Source: Octopus bimaculoides
Taxonomy: Eukaryota
Assembly: GCF_001194135.2 (NCBI RefSeq)
Contig: NC_068982.1
Coordinates: 129,234,105-129,298,104, forward strand
DNA: 64,000 nucleotides
Direction of reading: 5' to 3'
Shown one piece after another: positions 27,285 to 39,641 of the stretch. Every line of letters begins with the position of its first letter. The stretch's first letter is position 1. Position numbers and translations under genes: made by a program. Under the pieces are notes generated by a model. That model made no database searches, was not told the origin of the DNA, and saw nothing but the letters and a program-made list of their open reading frames with translations.

Positions 27285-27430
27285 ACTTTGGATAAAAGGT
27301 TGCTGTCAATGGTAACAGTGATGTCTAGAAAAGTGACAATGATAAAAATATGCCAAATAATATCTGAAGGATTAAAATTGTTAATAAGGGAGATGAGGCT
27401 GGAGAGTTTCTCCTTGACAAGTGGCAAATA
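27285..27430 (-). mobile_element. Penelope-like reverse transcriptase fragment
   Basis: Reads LPLVKEKLSSLISLINNFNPSDIIWHIFIIVTFLDITVTIDSNLLS, matching the Penelope RT C-terminal pattern (L-SFI---N-FHP----TW-----V-FLDI-V-I--N-L-T). Confidence 0.6.
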
Positions 27431-28196
27431 TGTGGATTTTCATGTAACAAAGGGATCAGCCTAATTACAGCCTCCAGTAACTTGTATTTTTCTTTTTACC
27501 TTTTCCTCTACCTCCTTTGAATTTAATACTTACATTTAATTATCATAAGTTTCATAATTTCTGATACAAATCCCAATTATTCACTTGATGACTGACATTT
27601 TCACTCACCTAGGTAGCAGAAGTTTACAGAATAATATGTACTGTTGCTATAACTATTAAAAGATATCTTGTTTTCTGGGATCTTTAATATCTCAAAGTAA
27701 GGAGATTACTGAAGCTAATATTACACAACCAGCCACAGGAATGTAAAATCTTTCTTAATAAATGTGTTTCTCAAAGGGTACTGTTACAACTTTGTTAGGT
27801 TGTAACAGCAAATTATATGTGTGTGTGGTAAAAACTGAAAATACTTGAAGCATTACATGTATATTGCACAAGAGTGGCTGTGTGGTAAGAAGTTTGCTTC
27901 CCAACCACATGGATCTGGGTTCAGTACCACTGCATGGCATCTTGGACATGTGCCTTCTACTATAGACTCAGGCCAACCAAAGCCTTGTGAGTGGATTTGA
28001 GGGGGGGGGGGTTGCCTCCCCTCTCTGCTGCTTGACAATTAGCCCTGGTGTATTCACATCTCTGTAACTTAGCAGACTGGCATAGATCAGACTACATGGA
28101 TCTGAGTTCATTCCCACAGCATGGTACTCTGGAGAAGTGTCTTCTACCATAGCCCCAGGCCAACCAAAGTCTTGTGAGTGGATTTGCTTCTAGAAC

Positions 28197-29745
28197 TCAG
28201 TTTCGCTGACATGGGCGGGTCTTCTCAAGAACTTCATATTGCCAGACAACTTGGTCCATTGTTATTTCCTCTGTGAGGCCCAACTTCCTGAGATTGGTCC
28301 TCACCACTTCATCCCATGTCTTCCTGGGTCTCCCACTTCCGTGGGTACTGTCCACTTTCAGTGATTTGCACTTCTTGATGCAGCTGTCCTCATTCACACA
28401 CATTACATGTCCAAAGCAAAGTAGTCTTCTCTCTTGCATGCTACATCTGATTCCTCTTATGCCCTATTTTTCTCTCAATACATTTGCACTTTGCTGTACA
28501 CGTGCACTGATGTTGCACATCCAACAGAGCATGCCACCTTTGTTTCTTTCCAGTCTACGCATGTCTTCTGCATTCAGAGCCCATGTCTCACTACCATGGT
28601 GTATAGCTGCTTGCACACAAGCATCATATAGTCTACCTTTCTCTCTGAGAGAGAGTCCTTTTGTTGCCAACAGAGGTAATAGCTCTCTGAACTTCCTCCA
28701 CCCAATTCTTATTCTAGAAACAATACTTTCAGAGTATCCCCCACCATTGCTTATTTGGTCACCTAGGTAATAGAAACTATCTACAACCTTAAGAGAGCCT
28801 CCTGGGCATTTGAGAGAATCTAATTCCCATGTGCTCTTAGTGCTTATTGTTCCTGCACAACTGTCACATACAAAGACAACTTTATCTGTTAATTTACCTG
28901 TGATTCCACTGCACCTCTTATGTGTCCATAATTTACACTGTGTGCATCGAATAGAATTTCTTCCAACTCCTTTCCTACATATTGAGCAGGGCCATTTAAC
29001 TGACGGAAAGAGAGTTTTATCTTCTTTCTTACTAACAACCACTTTTGTTTTAGCTAGGTTAACTTTAAGGCCCTTTGATTCCAGGTTTTGTTTCCATATC
29101 TGGAATTTCTTCTCCAATTCTGCTAAAGATTCTGTAATAAGAGCAAGGTCATCAGCATATATCAGTTCCCATGGGCACCTAGTTTTGAATTCCTCTGTTA
29201 TGGCACGGAGGATTATAATGAATAAGAGTATGCTGAGAACTGAGCCCCTGGTGAACTCCTACCTGAATGCTAAATTCATCACTTTATTCATGGCTGACTC
29301 TCACCTTACTGATAGCACCACTGTACATGGCTTGTACAGCTCTAACAAGCCACCACTCTATTCCTAACTTCCTTAGAGACCACCATATAACAGAGCGAGG
29401 AACTCTGTCGAAAGTTTTCTCCAGGTCAATGAAGGCTAAGTACAATGGCTTACTTTTGGTTAAGTACTCACTAGGAAGATGGCATCTGTGGTACTCTTCC
29501 CAGGTACAAAACCAAACTGCATCCCATCTAGTTTGATTTTATTTCTAATCAATTGAGCAATAACCCTCTTGGTAACTGTCATGACTTGGTCTAGCAATTT
29601 AATGCCTCTGTAGTTGTTTCTATCTAAGCCATCACCTTTACCCTTGAAGCCGCTAACTATAATACACCAGCCATTGGGAATGGTGCCTTTCCGAATAGTC
29701 ATAGGGAAGAATCGCAAGATGGATTCTTCAAGCCAAGCCAACTAG
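28197..29745 (-). mobile_element. RTE-clade LINE, 5'-truncated, RT domain with frameshifts
   Basis: GDGLDRNNYRGIKLLDQVM...MQFGFVPGKSTTDAIF; VGVHQG; CPWELIYADDLALITESLAEL (catalytic YADD at ~29140-29160); GLKVNLAKTK; Cys/His finger; YLGDQISNGGG...LYDACVQAAIHHGSETWAL; GRPRKTWDEVV. Confidence 0.93.
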
Positions 29746-30906
29746 CAGGAGACCTTGGTGTAAACCAAAATTAAGACAGTTGGATAATATCCATAAGTCT
29801 CAATTGATTATGCTTGGGCATCCAGCCAGAAAATCTAATGACAGTTGCTTCTGACAGGACCCTATGGATGAGATATCTGAGAACTCTACCACCACAACAC
29901 TTCCAGGAATAGTGGGCAGAGAAGCTGGAAGGATGGATAATTGTTGATTATGTGTTGTCATTGAGATTTATTCTAAAATAACCTTCACTACGTTTACACA
30001 ACTAAAATAGATTTATGTTGTATTATCAACATGACTGGCCCTAGGAAAATATTAATTTGTTTGGAAACAGTTAAGCATTGGTAACAGGAAAAGTATCCAA
30101 CCATAGAAAAATAGACATTAAATAATAATGTTGATGATATGTGTGTGCATGTGTAGATAACTTTTACATTAGCTTTTTCTACAACAGCATACATTGGACA
30201 AGTCATCAGGGACCCTATTCAGCTCATACAGTCCATTGTTTTCTATGGATATCCTTTCTATTTCTTATCACTTTAGAAGTATATTGTGTGCATTCTATCA
30301 CAACACCAGCACTAAAAGGCTCCTGTGTCCTTGACAAGACTAAAGAGTATTCTCTGTGTATAAATGGTGGCTACATGTGTGTGTGTGATCTTTTTAAGTG
30401 TTTTGATGCTATTATCTCAATTTCAACCACTGCAATGTTTCAACAGGTTCATTGTTTTAAGAGGAGAATGAACAGAGATAAGGTAGGGTGGAAGGGATAG
30501 GGATAGCCAAAGCCAAAATACACTATTTAATAATTCAAGACATGGACTCCAGAAGCTACATTGCAAGGCTACCCATCTATGAGAGCAATACCCAATTAAA
30601 AATAGTACAAATTAGAGGGAATCCTTTAGTTCTTGTGTAAAGAAACCTCTTTATTGGTGGCATGATGAACTCTGTACACCTAGTACATGTTATAAAGTGG
30701 TTAGTGATAGGAAGGACATCTTGTAGAAAACCTGCCTACCTAAGAAATTAGTTATTCCAGATAAGAACAAATTCAGGGTAGAAAGAAGACAACAATCCCG
30801 TTCACGTGGGACAAGCTCTCTATTGCCAGTAGCACAATAAAATACATCCAGTCCACACTATAAGACACAATACCAAGGGTGACAGGTTGTTGTTAGCACC
30901 AAGTTC

Positions 30907-31540
30907 GGCACTGTCATGGTATTAGCTGTCAGAAGTGAGGGTAGAAAAATCTGAAGGAACGTTACTGCTGGTTTGAGTTGATTCTTTGGCTACTGACAGC
31001 TAATACCATGACTGGCCGGAGCGAGCTATATGTCTGTCTGTCTCTCTCTATCTATCACTCGAAAGTTATTGGAACAAATTTGACACCTATATCCATGCGT
31101 TTGAAAACACACAGAGTATAAGGGTACTACTAAAGCAGAGTGGTCCCGAACGCGCAGTCGCGCGTCCGCGCTAGCTAGTCGTGAGTGGTCGATCCTATTA
31201 TTTTTAAACTTCAAACTTCATTTGTTTTCTATTTTGATAAATTGTCTCTGTTGAAAATTATATTTTTATATTTTAAATAATTTGCAATTTCAGAAAATAT
31301 ATTTTTATATTAAATTTGCGTTTTCTAATTTGATAAATTCTACGGACACAAACAGAGGTGAACGAGTGATAGATAGATAGATATATATATATAGAGAGAG
31401 AGAGAGATAGTGAGATAGACAGACAGACAGACAGATAGATAGCTCCGGCTAGTCAGTAGCCAAAGAATCAACTCAAACCAGCAGTAACGTTCCTTGTCAG
31501 TTCTACTTTCAATTCTGACAGCTAATACCATGACAGTGCC
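30907..31540. mobile_element. Non-autonomous DNA transposon with long (~155-180 bp) TIRs and 8-bp TSD (MULE/Merlin-like termini GG...CC)
   Basis: TSD CCAAGTTC at 30899-30906 and 31541-31548. Termini GGCACTGTCATGGTATTAGCTGTCAG / CTGACAGCTAATACCATGACAGTGCC. TIRs extend to ~31061 and from ~31363. Superfamily is inferred. Confidence 0.88.
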
Positions 31541-32799
31541 CCAAGTTCACGTATGTGAACTCAAATCAACCTCTATAAGACTAAGTATATTTTACATACA
31601 AAATCAGGACATAAATCCCTGTATTGTCCATATGATTTCCAGCATCTCTGGAGATGATACGAGAAAGATGTTATTCTTGTGGGTTAGTTGTAGCTGGAGA
31701 AGAAAAAGAGCTGAAAGTGTGTACACCTAAAACGCAGTTCTGGGGGAAAATTGTTTTGTATGTTGTCTGGAATGACACAATATGCGGGGGAGGAGTTAGG
31801 GTGTGCAATATGCGGGGGAGGAGAGACAGATTCATTAATTGGAGTAGAAGTAGCGGTAGAAGAAACAGCGACAGATAGAGCTGTAAGCTCAAAACTTACT
31901 TATTTGGTAGACTGTGAAAGATTTTCGGGTAGGGTACAATATAGCGTGTTCGTGAACATGATGGGGTATAGCTATCTCATGCAAAAATACCTGAGTACAT
32001 TTTCATCTTAGACTAACCAATCAATTTCCCTACCTACAAAATTAGTCTTGTGACTAATCAAAATAAATTATTAGTTTTGTTTGTTTGTTTTTTCAATATT
32101 TATTTTAAGATTTAACACGATCATAACTTTAAGGGGTTTAGATTCAAATGGGAAAAGCAAGTAAATTGCATTTCATTGTCTCTTTATATGAAAAATGAAG
32201 ATTTTAAAAAAATAATGAAGATATTCAAAAATATCAAAACAAAATAAAAGAAAATCAATATTCCATGTCAGTTAATTTAACCATCCAATTATGTCGAGTT
32301 ATATTGTTCAATATATTTTCCCATCAATACATGTTTACAACGATAGCGAACATCGTATCATCGCCGCACTGATATATCTAGAATTAACAAAAATAAGCAC
32401 CATTTTTTAAATAGGGAGTCCGCTTTACACCATAACAAAAAGAAAAACAATTTACTCTTCCAATACCTAATATATCGTTCATGGCTATATATACAAAGTA
32501 AATATTTGATATATATAAATATTCATTACAATTAAAGTGTGTATATATGTAAGTGCCAACGAACGAAACCCTCAGCCCTTACATCAACCCCAATGCACAT
32601 CCAGTACTTATTTCATCGACCACGAAAGGATGAAAGACAAAGTCGACCGCGGCAAAATATTAACTCAGAACGTAAAGACAGATGAAATGCCGCCAAGCAT
32701 TTTGTCCAAGGTGCTCAGTCAAAAATTAACTATATATAATAATATGCATACATAAACTCATAATTCGAGTTCTATTTTTCTGTTAGCATCACTAAGCCC

Positions 32800-32833
<34 letters not shown>

Positions 32834-32899
32834 TTTCAAAATGAGATACAAAGTTTGGGTGAGAGCCAAACACGTAACTCGGATGCCCCACTCAATATC

Positions 32900-33680
32900 T
32901 ATTTGTATTACTTTAATTAACAAATTAAGGAATTTTTAATTGTTTTTCAGCTTTTTTAAACTTTTGTTTCTGATTTAGATTTAATAAGTCCGCCATGTAT
33001 ATATTCAAATAGTTGCTCACAAGATGTTAAATAGAAAGTTGTCTTCAAGTAGACATTAGGAATATGATAGAAAGACACACTGAAGTTCTATATAAACAAT
33101 AAACATACCTGGCCGTAACAACGTGGTCAACGCCATCGACTTATTGCTATATTCCGGTGGTACGGAATGGTCTAATATATCAACACCAGTAATAAATATA
33201 TGTGCCCAGTTCTAAGAAGATTATCCAAATTAGATCATTTACCAAACTGGGTCGTGATATGAAAAAAAGAGTAGAATAACCTACCTCACTTCAATGAAAA
33301 TCAAAATGTTTAAATAACGAAGTACAAGTAAGGGTGGGGAGTGACGAGAATCTCGAAATAAAACAAAAGTGAAAATAATTCACGAAATATTTTAAAATTT
33401 GAAGTCTAATTAATCCAATTTTACTTAAAATGAAATACGATAAATGCTCTTGCAATGATTTTTTATTTATAAAACAAATGTATTTATATTCTCTCGCCTG
33501 CGATATTTGACTGACGTTAAACATAATTTAGTTCGCAACAACATGGCGATAAGTGTTTTAAAATATTGACCACAGTGTTTAACATTTATATATAAAAGAG
33601 ACGTCTAAGATGAGAAAAATCGCAGATAACCGTGAGGGAATATATTTACTTCTATCAAAGGGGCACATTTTGTCTGGCTG
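32900..33680. promoter_or_regulatory. CpG-retaining promoter region of FBXW4, possibly bidirectional
   Basis: CG-rich unique sequence directly upstream of the FBXW4 ATG. YY1-like motifs CAACATGGCG (+, 33539-33548) and CCGCCATGT (- orientation, 32990-32998). Confidence 0.5.
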
Positions 33681-33739
33681 TGATGTTCAAAAACTTCGTG
33701 ATTCCTCCACAATCGGAGAATGGAGTCCTGGAATCACCT

Positions 33740-33993
33740 ATGGCAACAATCGAAAGTCAATCTTCATACGAGGGTTCGACACAAACCCGATGCTTAAATG
33801 CAGAAAAGCAATTGATGGAGTTGCCTGAAGATATACTTTATCTATTGTTTCGTTACTTGGATCTTTGTTCCTTGGGACGCCTATGCCGTGTTTGTCGGAA
33901 ACTGCGTCGTCTGATATATACAGACTGTGTATGGCTGCGATTCACCAGACAACAGATGGTGATTAAAGATCTGGGTCATCGGCCTAAAGGCAA
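33740..33993 (+). CDS. FBXW4: F-box/WD repeat-containing protein 4 (dactylin), exon 1 (F-box)
   Basis: MATIESQ...LMELPEDILYLLFRYLDLCSLGRLCRVCRKLRRLIYTDCVWLRF is an F-box. Donor AA|GTACGT at 33994 (phase 2) matches exon 2. An alternative in-frame ATG at 33683 would add 19 aa. Confidence 0.9.
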
Positions 33994-34924
33994 GTACGTA
34001 TCTCACTTTTAATCATTCTCTAGTTTCTTTCTCTCTCACAACACACACATATAATATATATATATATGAATATATATTTACGTATCATGTATATAGGCTA
34101 TTTAAAAACGATTACGCTAGTCTATGTCAAAATCATGTCAAATATTTTAAAGCTAGGGCGTTGGCATTCCCTATGATCTTCATTTGTTTCTTACATCAAC
34201 ATATCCTTCAGGGTAAAAAGGGACATTTTAAACCGATACTGTACTATCATTTACACTAAAACAATATGGTGATGTATGCCTCAAATCTTATTTGATCGAA
34301 ATTTTGGAAACGCTAATTAATTGCTCCTTTATTATGTTAGCGATTATCGTCCTTTACATCTTTACGTGGACCAGTTAGAAAAAGTGACCAAATCACCAGC
34401 TTATGAAAATTTAATGTCTCAAGAAAGAAATCAGGAACCCTGAAAGACTGATGACAGCATGATAAGTAGGCAAACATTTCGAAAGATCGCCTGTCGATTC
34501 CGAAGCGATTTAAACTTAGAAGAATCAGCTGGAAGGAATACCACTAGACAAAACTACCAGAAAAACAAGCACAGATAATCAACCAGACCCGTCAAAGAAG
34601 CAGGCTAGTCGATGAATCACCATTAGTCCTAATGATGGTCACTGAAGCGATTGCATGCCGGAATCAGCCAGGTGACCCCTGCTCACGACGTCCACGATGA
34701 CTGTCCTCTTACTCACCTTGAAGGTGCCTCAGGTGTGGTGCCGGATTTAAGACAAATGAGGCCCTGTGCTAGTTATGAGTCCCCTTATTTGGACAGTCAG
34801 GCATACATACTCAGGAAATTTATCGTAAAAAATTCTTTGGATCGGAAGATGGGCCCGCCTGGTGAAACGGGGTCCCTATGCTTAAGCACAATGGTAAATC
34901 CGGTACTGCTCAGATGCAACAGTT

Positions 34925-35010
34925 CAGGGGGTTTAAGATCATGCGAGTTAGAAGACCACTTGATGTTAGGGATCACAAAATCACATGGTTCTCTCATATC
35001 TTATTGGACA
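34925..35010 (-). mobile_element. Decayed Tc1/mariner transposase fragment
   Basis: Reads ...DFVIPNIKWSSNSHDLKP, a degenerate WP-NSPDLNP motif. Confidence 0.45.
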
Positions 35011-36748
35011 CAAAACTCAAAAATAACCAGTAAGATGCAATTACTTGTTTTGAAAATGTCATTAACCCCAGTTACAACACAACATAACATAAACAATATT
35101 CAGTACTGGGAAATTAACAGGTTACAAAATTTTTTAAATCTTAATAAATCAAGAGACCTCAGTTAATATTTATTTATGTAGATGTGCCAGTCAAGCCCTA
35201 GGGATTAATGGTATCAACTAACCACCTCCCTGTCAAAGCTGCTGGTCTTGTGCCTATATTTCATAATAGAATGTATAGTTCTTCATGATAAAACCATAAC
35301 TCTCCTCATAAATATTAGTGTTTCTTGATTATAAAAACTATCATAAAATATATTGATAATACAACTTATGCATGAAATTTTGTTGTGTCTTGGGAGGGTC
35401 ATTATGCCAGTGATAAATGCATGCACAGTCTTTATTTCACTTCTTTATTATTTGTCCATCGTTTAACTACTCAACCAATTAATCGATTAATCAATCAATC
35501 ATGTTTGTCAAAGTCCTTTCATTGCCCTCCATGACTGATGACCACAAGGTATATGGATTGTTGCACCAAACAGCTTAAGGCAGCTGTTTTGGAAAGTTTT
35601 CAGGCCTTTTGTTTTATGAAAACACTTTTGTTTTTGAAATTAGTAAATTTATTTCCATTAGTCCAATTTTGTTTAATTTGTTACATCTCTTTTGTTCTGT
35701 AATGGAGCTTAATGATATTTTCAAAACAAACAGTCACATTTGGCTTACAACTGTTTTTATGACTGATTCTCAAACATTTTCTTCTAATGGACTCCCTCAT
35801 GTGAAAACCCAAGCAAAAGTCTCTTCTAGATAGAAGTTGCATTTAGTTTATGTACCTTTGAAATTTCTTTTATGATCCTGGTTTGAAAACCCTTGGTGTA
35901 TGATCTGTAGCCAATGTCCTTGTGCACTACATGTCTCATAACAGGCTGTTCAACCAGGTGGGGTTGTTGATTATGCCCTGGACTTACCTGGTTGTCCTAA
36001 CCTCTGATCTCTAAGAATGTTCCTTTCTTTTGGTCTTGCATGACACATTTTCACCAAAGGCCTCTTTGCCAATGCTGAACAGGAAGAACTTGGCCTTATT
36101 CAAGAAACAGGTAATCTCTAAGTCAGTGTAGTCAGTGACTAGAGTGTGAGCTCAGCATGACCTTTCATTTCTTATGGTAGATTGGTATCTGCCATGTTGA
36201 TGCTGCTGGTGTATCTAAAAGACAAATGTGGAAGTTAAAATTTAGCATGATATCCTGCAACATTATATAAGATTGTCTTCTATTTATGGTCATCAAAAGT
36301 TTGTTCACAAATATCCAGCACACCCTGCATGTGAGTGCATGTAAATAATATACCATTATCATCAGCATAATTTAGCATCCATTTTCCATGCTGGCATGGG
36401 TTAGATGGTTTAACTGGAAATAGTAAGCCAGAGAGCTATACCAGGCTCCAGTCTGATTTAGCTTGATTTCTATGGCTGGTTGCCCTTCCTAATGCCAACC
36501 ACTCCAAGAGTGTAGTGGTTGCCTTTTATGTGTCACCAGCACTGGGCACAACTACGATTTCACTTGGCTTGCATATCTCCTCAAACACAGCAACTTGCCA
36601 AAGGTCTCGATCACTTGTCATCACCTTCATGAGATCCAACATCCAAAGATCATGCTTCACCACTTCATTCCATGTCTTCCTGGGTCTACCTCTTCCACAA
36701 AACCAATGCCAGTATGAAAAGTAGATGTTAAATGATGATGATGATGAG

Positions 36749-36805
<57 letters not shown>

Positions 36806-37529
36806 AACATACACACACACACATACATTCAGCACCATTTAATGTCCATGTTACAGTGTGTCCTGGGTGCTTTTTACATAGCACCAGCACTAGTGAGGTT
36901 AACATGCAGCTTGCAAGACTAAGGTCACTTACAACTAAGTGGGGCTGCAGTTGAGAGGGAGGTGGATTTATGGGGCTCTAGAGTGAGGGATTAAAGTGAG
37001 AGAGAGAGAGAGAGAGGGCAAAAACAGAACAAGTTTCTTGCTGTAGGGGAGCTACTCACATAGAAGTGAGAAAAATGGTGATTAGGTGGACCTTGAGATA
37101 CAAGGTGAATGGAGACAGGAGAGCAAGAAGTGTAGGTGGATAGAGGTTGCAAGAGTGTATGGGTGAGTGAGAAATGATTAAGGGAATAGTGAGAACATGA
37201 ATATGACGAACAAGTGTTGTGGGATGATATGTAGAGGAAGTAAGAAAGAATAGGTGACAACTGTGGAAATTGGGTAGGGTTGATAGGGATTGATGAATAA
37301 CCAGTGTTGAGTTGAAGAGAGATGATGGACGTGCAGACAAGGGGATGGGGTGGTGAAGGGCAGCAGAATAGTAATACTAATAATAATCCTTTTTATCATA
37401 GGCACAAAGCTTGAAATTTTTTTTGTGGGTGGATAGTTGATTGCATCAGCCCCGAAAGGATGAAAAGCAAAGTTGACCTTCGCAGAATTTGAACTCAGAA
37501 CATAAAGATAGATGAAATACTGGTAGTAT

Positions 37530-37563
<34 letters not shown>

Positions 37564-39545
37564 ATCAGAGAAGGCAAGAAAGAGTGAGGATGAGCAAAAG
37601 GGAAAAAAGTTGGGTAGAATGTAAGTGTGTAGTGCAGATGTAGTGTATACAGAGAGGAGGAGGTGTATGATGGTGCAGGAGAGATAATTTGGTGATCAAT
37701 GTAAAATGTGGGTAAAGAGAACAGTATTAAGAATGAATGATGGATAGCAAGTGAAATGGTTCTAGGTAGTAAAAAGGATCAGTGCCTTCAAGGAAAGTAT
37801 GCAGTTCTGCTCACATATACAGCAGCAGAAGGGTTAGTACAGTTAGAAAGATGATGAGTGATGGGAATGTCTTGAGGAAGAAATTAGCCAGGTGGTGGTG
37901 AGCTGTTTTGCATATGTATATATAAAATACAAAACGGGACAAGAAGGCAAAACATCCAGACAGTTAGGTGATATAAAAAAGGGACAACAAAACATCCAGA
38001 TAGATGATACAGAGAAAACAAGGACAGGTCATTCGGAGTTTTCTTTCCTCAATCAAGTTCCAGATTATCTTTGCAAGTTCAGCTGGTTATACTCAAGATT
38101 GCTCCAATCTGGCCAGCCCCAAGGAAAAACTAAGNNNNNNNNNNAATGGAGAACGTTACACAAATACAAATAACAGGACATAACAACAGGTGTCTTTCAA
38201 CTGAGACTTGAGATGTCAAGCTAAGTAAAAGTGTGGTTGTCCTTGCATACAGGCATGTCCCTTGCATCCCTCTCCAGTTGAGCATTCTTAATCTTGTGAT
38301 CTCATGGGTGCTGGTGCCATATAAAAAGCACTCTTACCAGTTCCACATAAGCACACCTGTGCTGATGCTGTGTAAAAGCACCCAGTACACTCTGTAAAGT
38401 GGTTGGTGTTAGGAAGGGTATCCAGTCACAGAAACCATGCTAAAATAAACATGGAGCCTGGGCAGCTCTTCAGCTGGCCAGCTCAAGTCAAAGTGTCCAA
38501 CCCATGGAATAGGGATGTTAAATGATGATGATGATGATAAAAATAAGGTACATCTAGTTTTTAATCATTTCAATGGGTTTAATTCAGATTATTATCCCTG
38601 GGATGTTTGATCTTGATTAATAAAAATGAAAGGAACTGCTAAACTCAAAGATTGTAGACACTGGATAGTGTCATGTTAAATAAACTGGATGGTCATATCT
38701 AAAATGCCTTTAATTATAGTTTGTTTAATTAGATTTGATGTGTAGCTAAACACAAATTAATTGGAGTACATGGTATCTACTCATATATTGCCAACTTCCA
38801 TGTTGTTTACCCCAAGGCAGCCATGATTAGAAAGACTTATGATCATCTCATCTTTCTTCTAACAATGTATTTATATTTAGGACTACATTATCCTCTGCAT
38901 CTTTTTGGTGTAATTTAAAAGAAATTTAGCTATTGTTTGAGGCATCCTCATGTCAGGTTGATAGACTACATACTTTAATATATTATGTTAATTCTGTTTT
39001 CTGTACACTTTCCTTAGTAAAATTGAATGATGCATTGTCGAATGAATAATTTTTATTTCAAGTGAGCCTTATAGAAATAATTTTACACTTCTGTCTTCTA
39101 ATGAAATTGTTTCCCTGAAAATATGTTGCTAATGCATTTTGGCAAATGAAAGTTACCACTTCCTCTTTCTCCTTTAAAAATCTCAGACATTGTGTTAAAA
39201 TTGACACTGTTTCAATTGTTTGGTGTCATGGTAGGTTCCCAGCAAAATTAATCTTAAAATTAGTCTTGATGCTCAGTTGGAACCATTTCATTTCAGTTTC
39301 TTAGTTAAACTTGTAAAAACACAATATTGCATTTCTCTGTGTTATTTAAAAAAAAAAAAAAACCATTGGCATTGTGGTAGCTTGTTTTTGTTTAACTTTT
39401 ACTCATTAAAAAGGGCTTATGCTTCTCGCCTTTTGAGTTCAAAAAGTTAATCTGATTCATTTCTCTTAAGACACATCTCTTTTAACCTCTCTAATGCCTG
39501 ATGTTTCATAATTATGTTAGAAATTCTGTTTTTTACTCAATTTAG

Positions 39546-39641
39546 ATCCTGCACACCTAACTTGAAAGAGCAGTACCGTGTGACTAGAAACTGGATTAAA
39601 GGGAGGAATCGAGAGACTGCGGTTGTGAAATATCGTTCAAA
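39546..39641 (+). CDS. FBXW4: FBXW4 exon 2
   Basis: tttAG|..SCTPNLKEQYRVTRNWIKGRNRETAVVKYRS..|GTAAGT, phase 2/2. Corresponds to vertebrate VKERVKVSQNWRLGRC. Confidence 0.9.

Noticed and set aside
33986-33999. GC-AG donor AAAG|GCAAGT at FBXW4 exon 1
   Set aside because: It gives phase 1. Exon 2 needs phase 2, which the GT donor 4 nt downstream supplies.
34430-34700. Degenerate hammerhead-like motifs (CTGATGA...GAAA; CTAATGA...GGAA)
   Set aside because: Stems I-III do not close convincingly. It needs an Infernal search before any claim.
34651-35166. 171-aa + strand ORF in FBXW4 intron 1
   Set aside because: TTG start, no domain, and it overlaps a decayed transposase fragment on the opposite strand.
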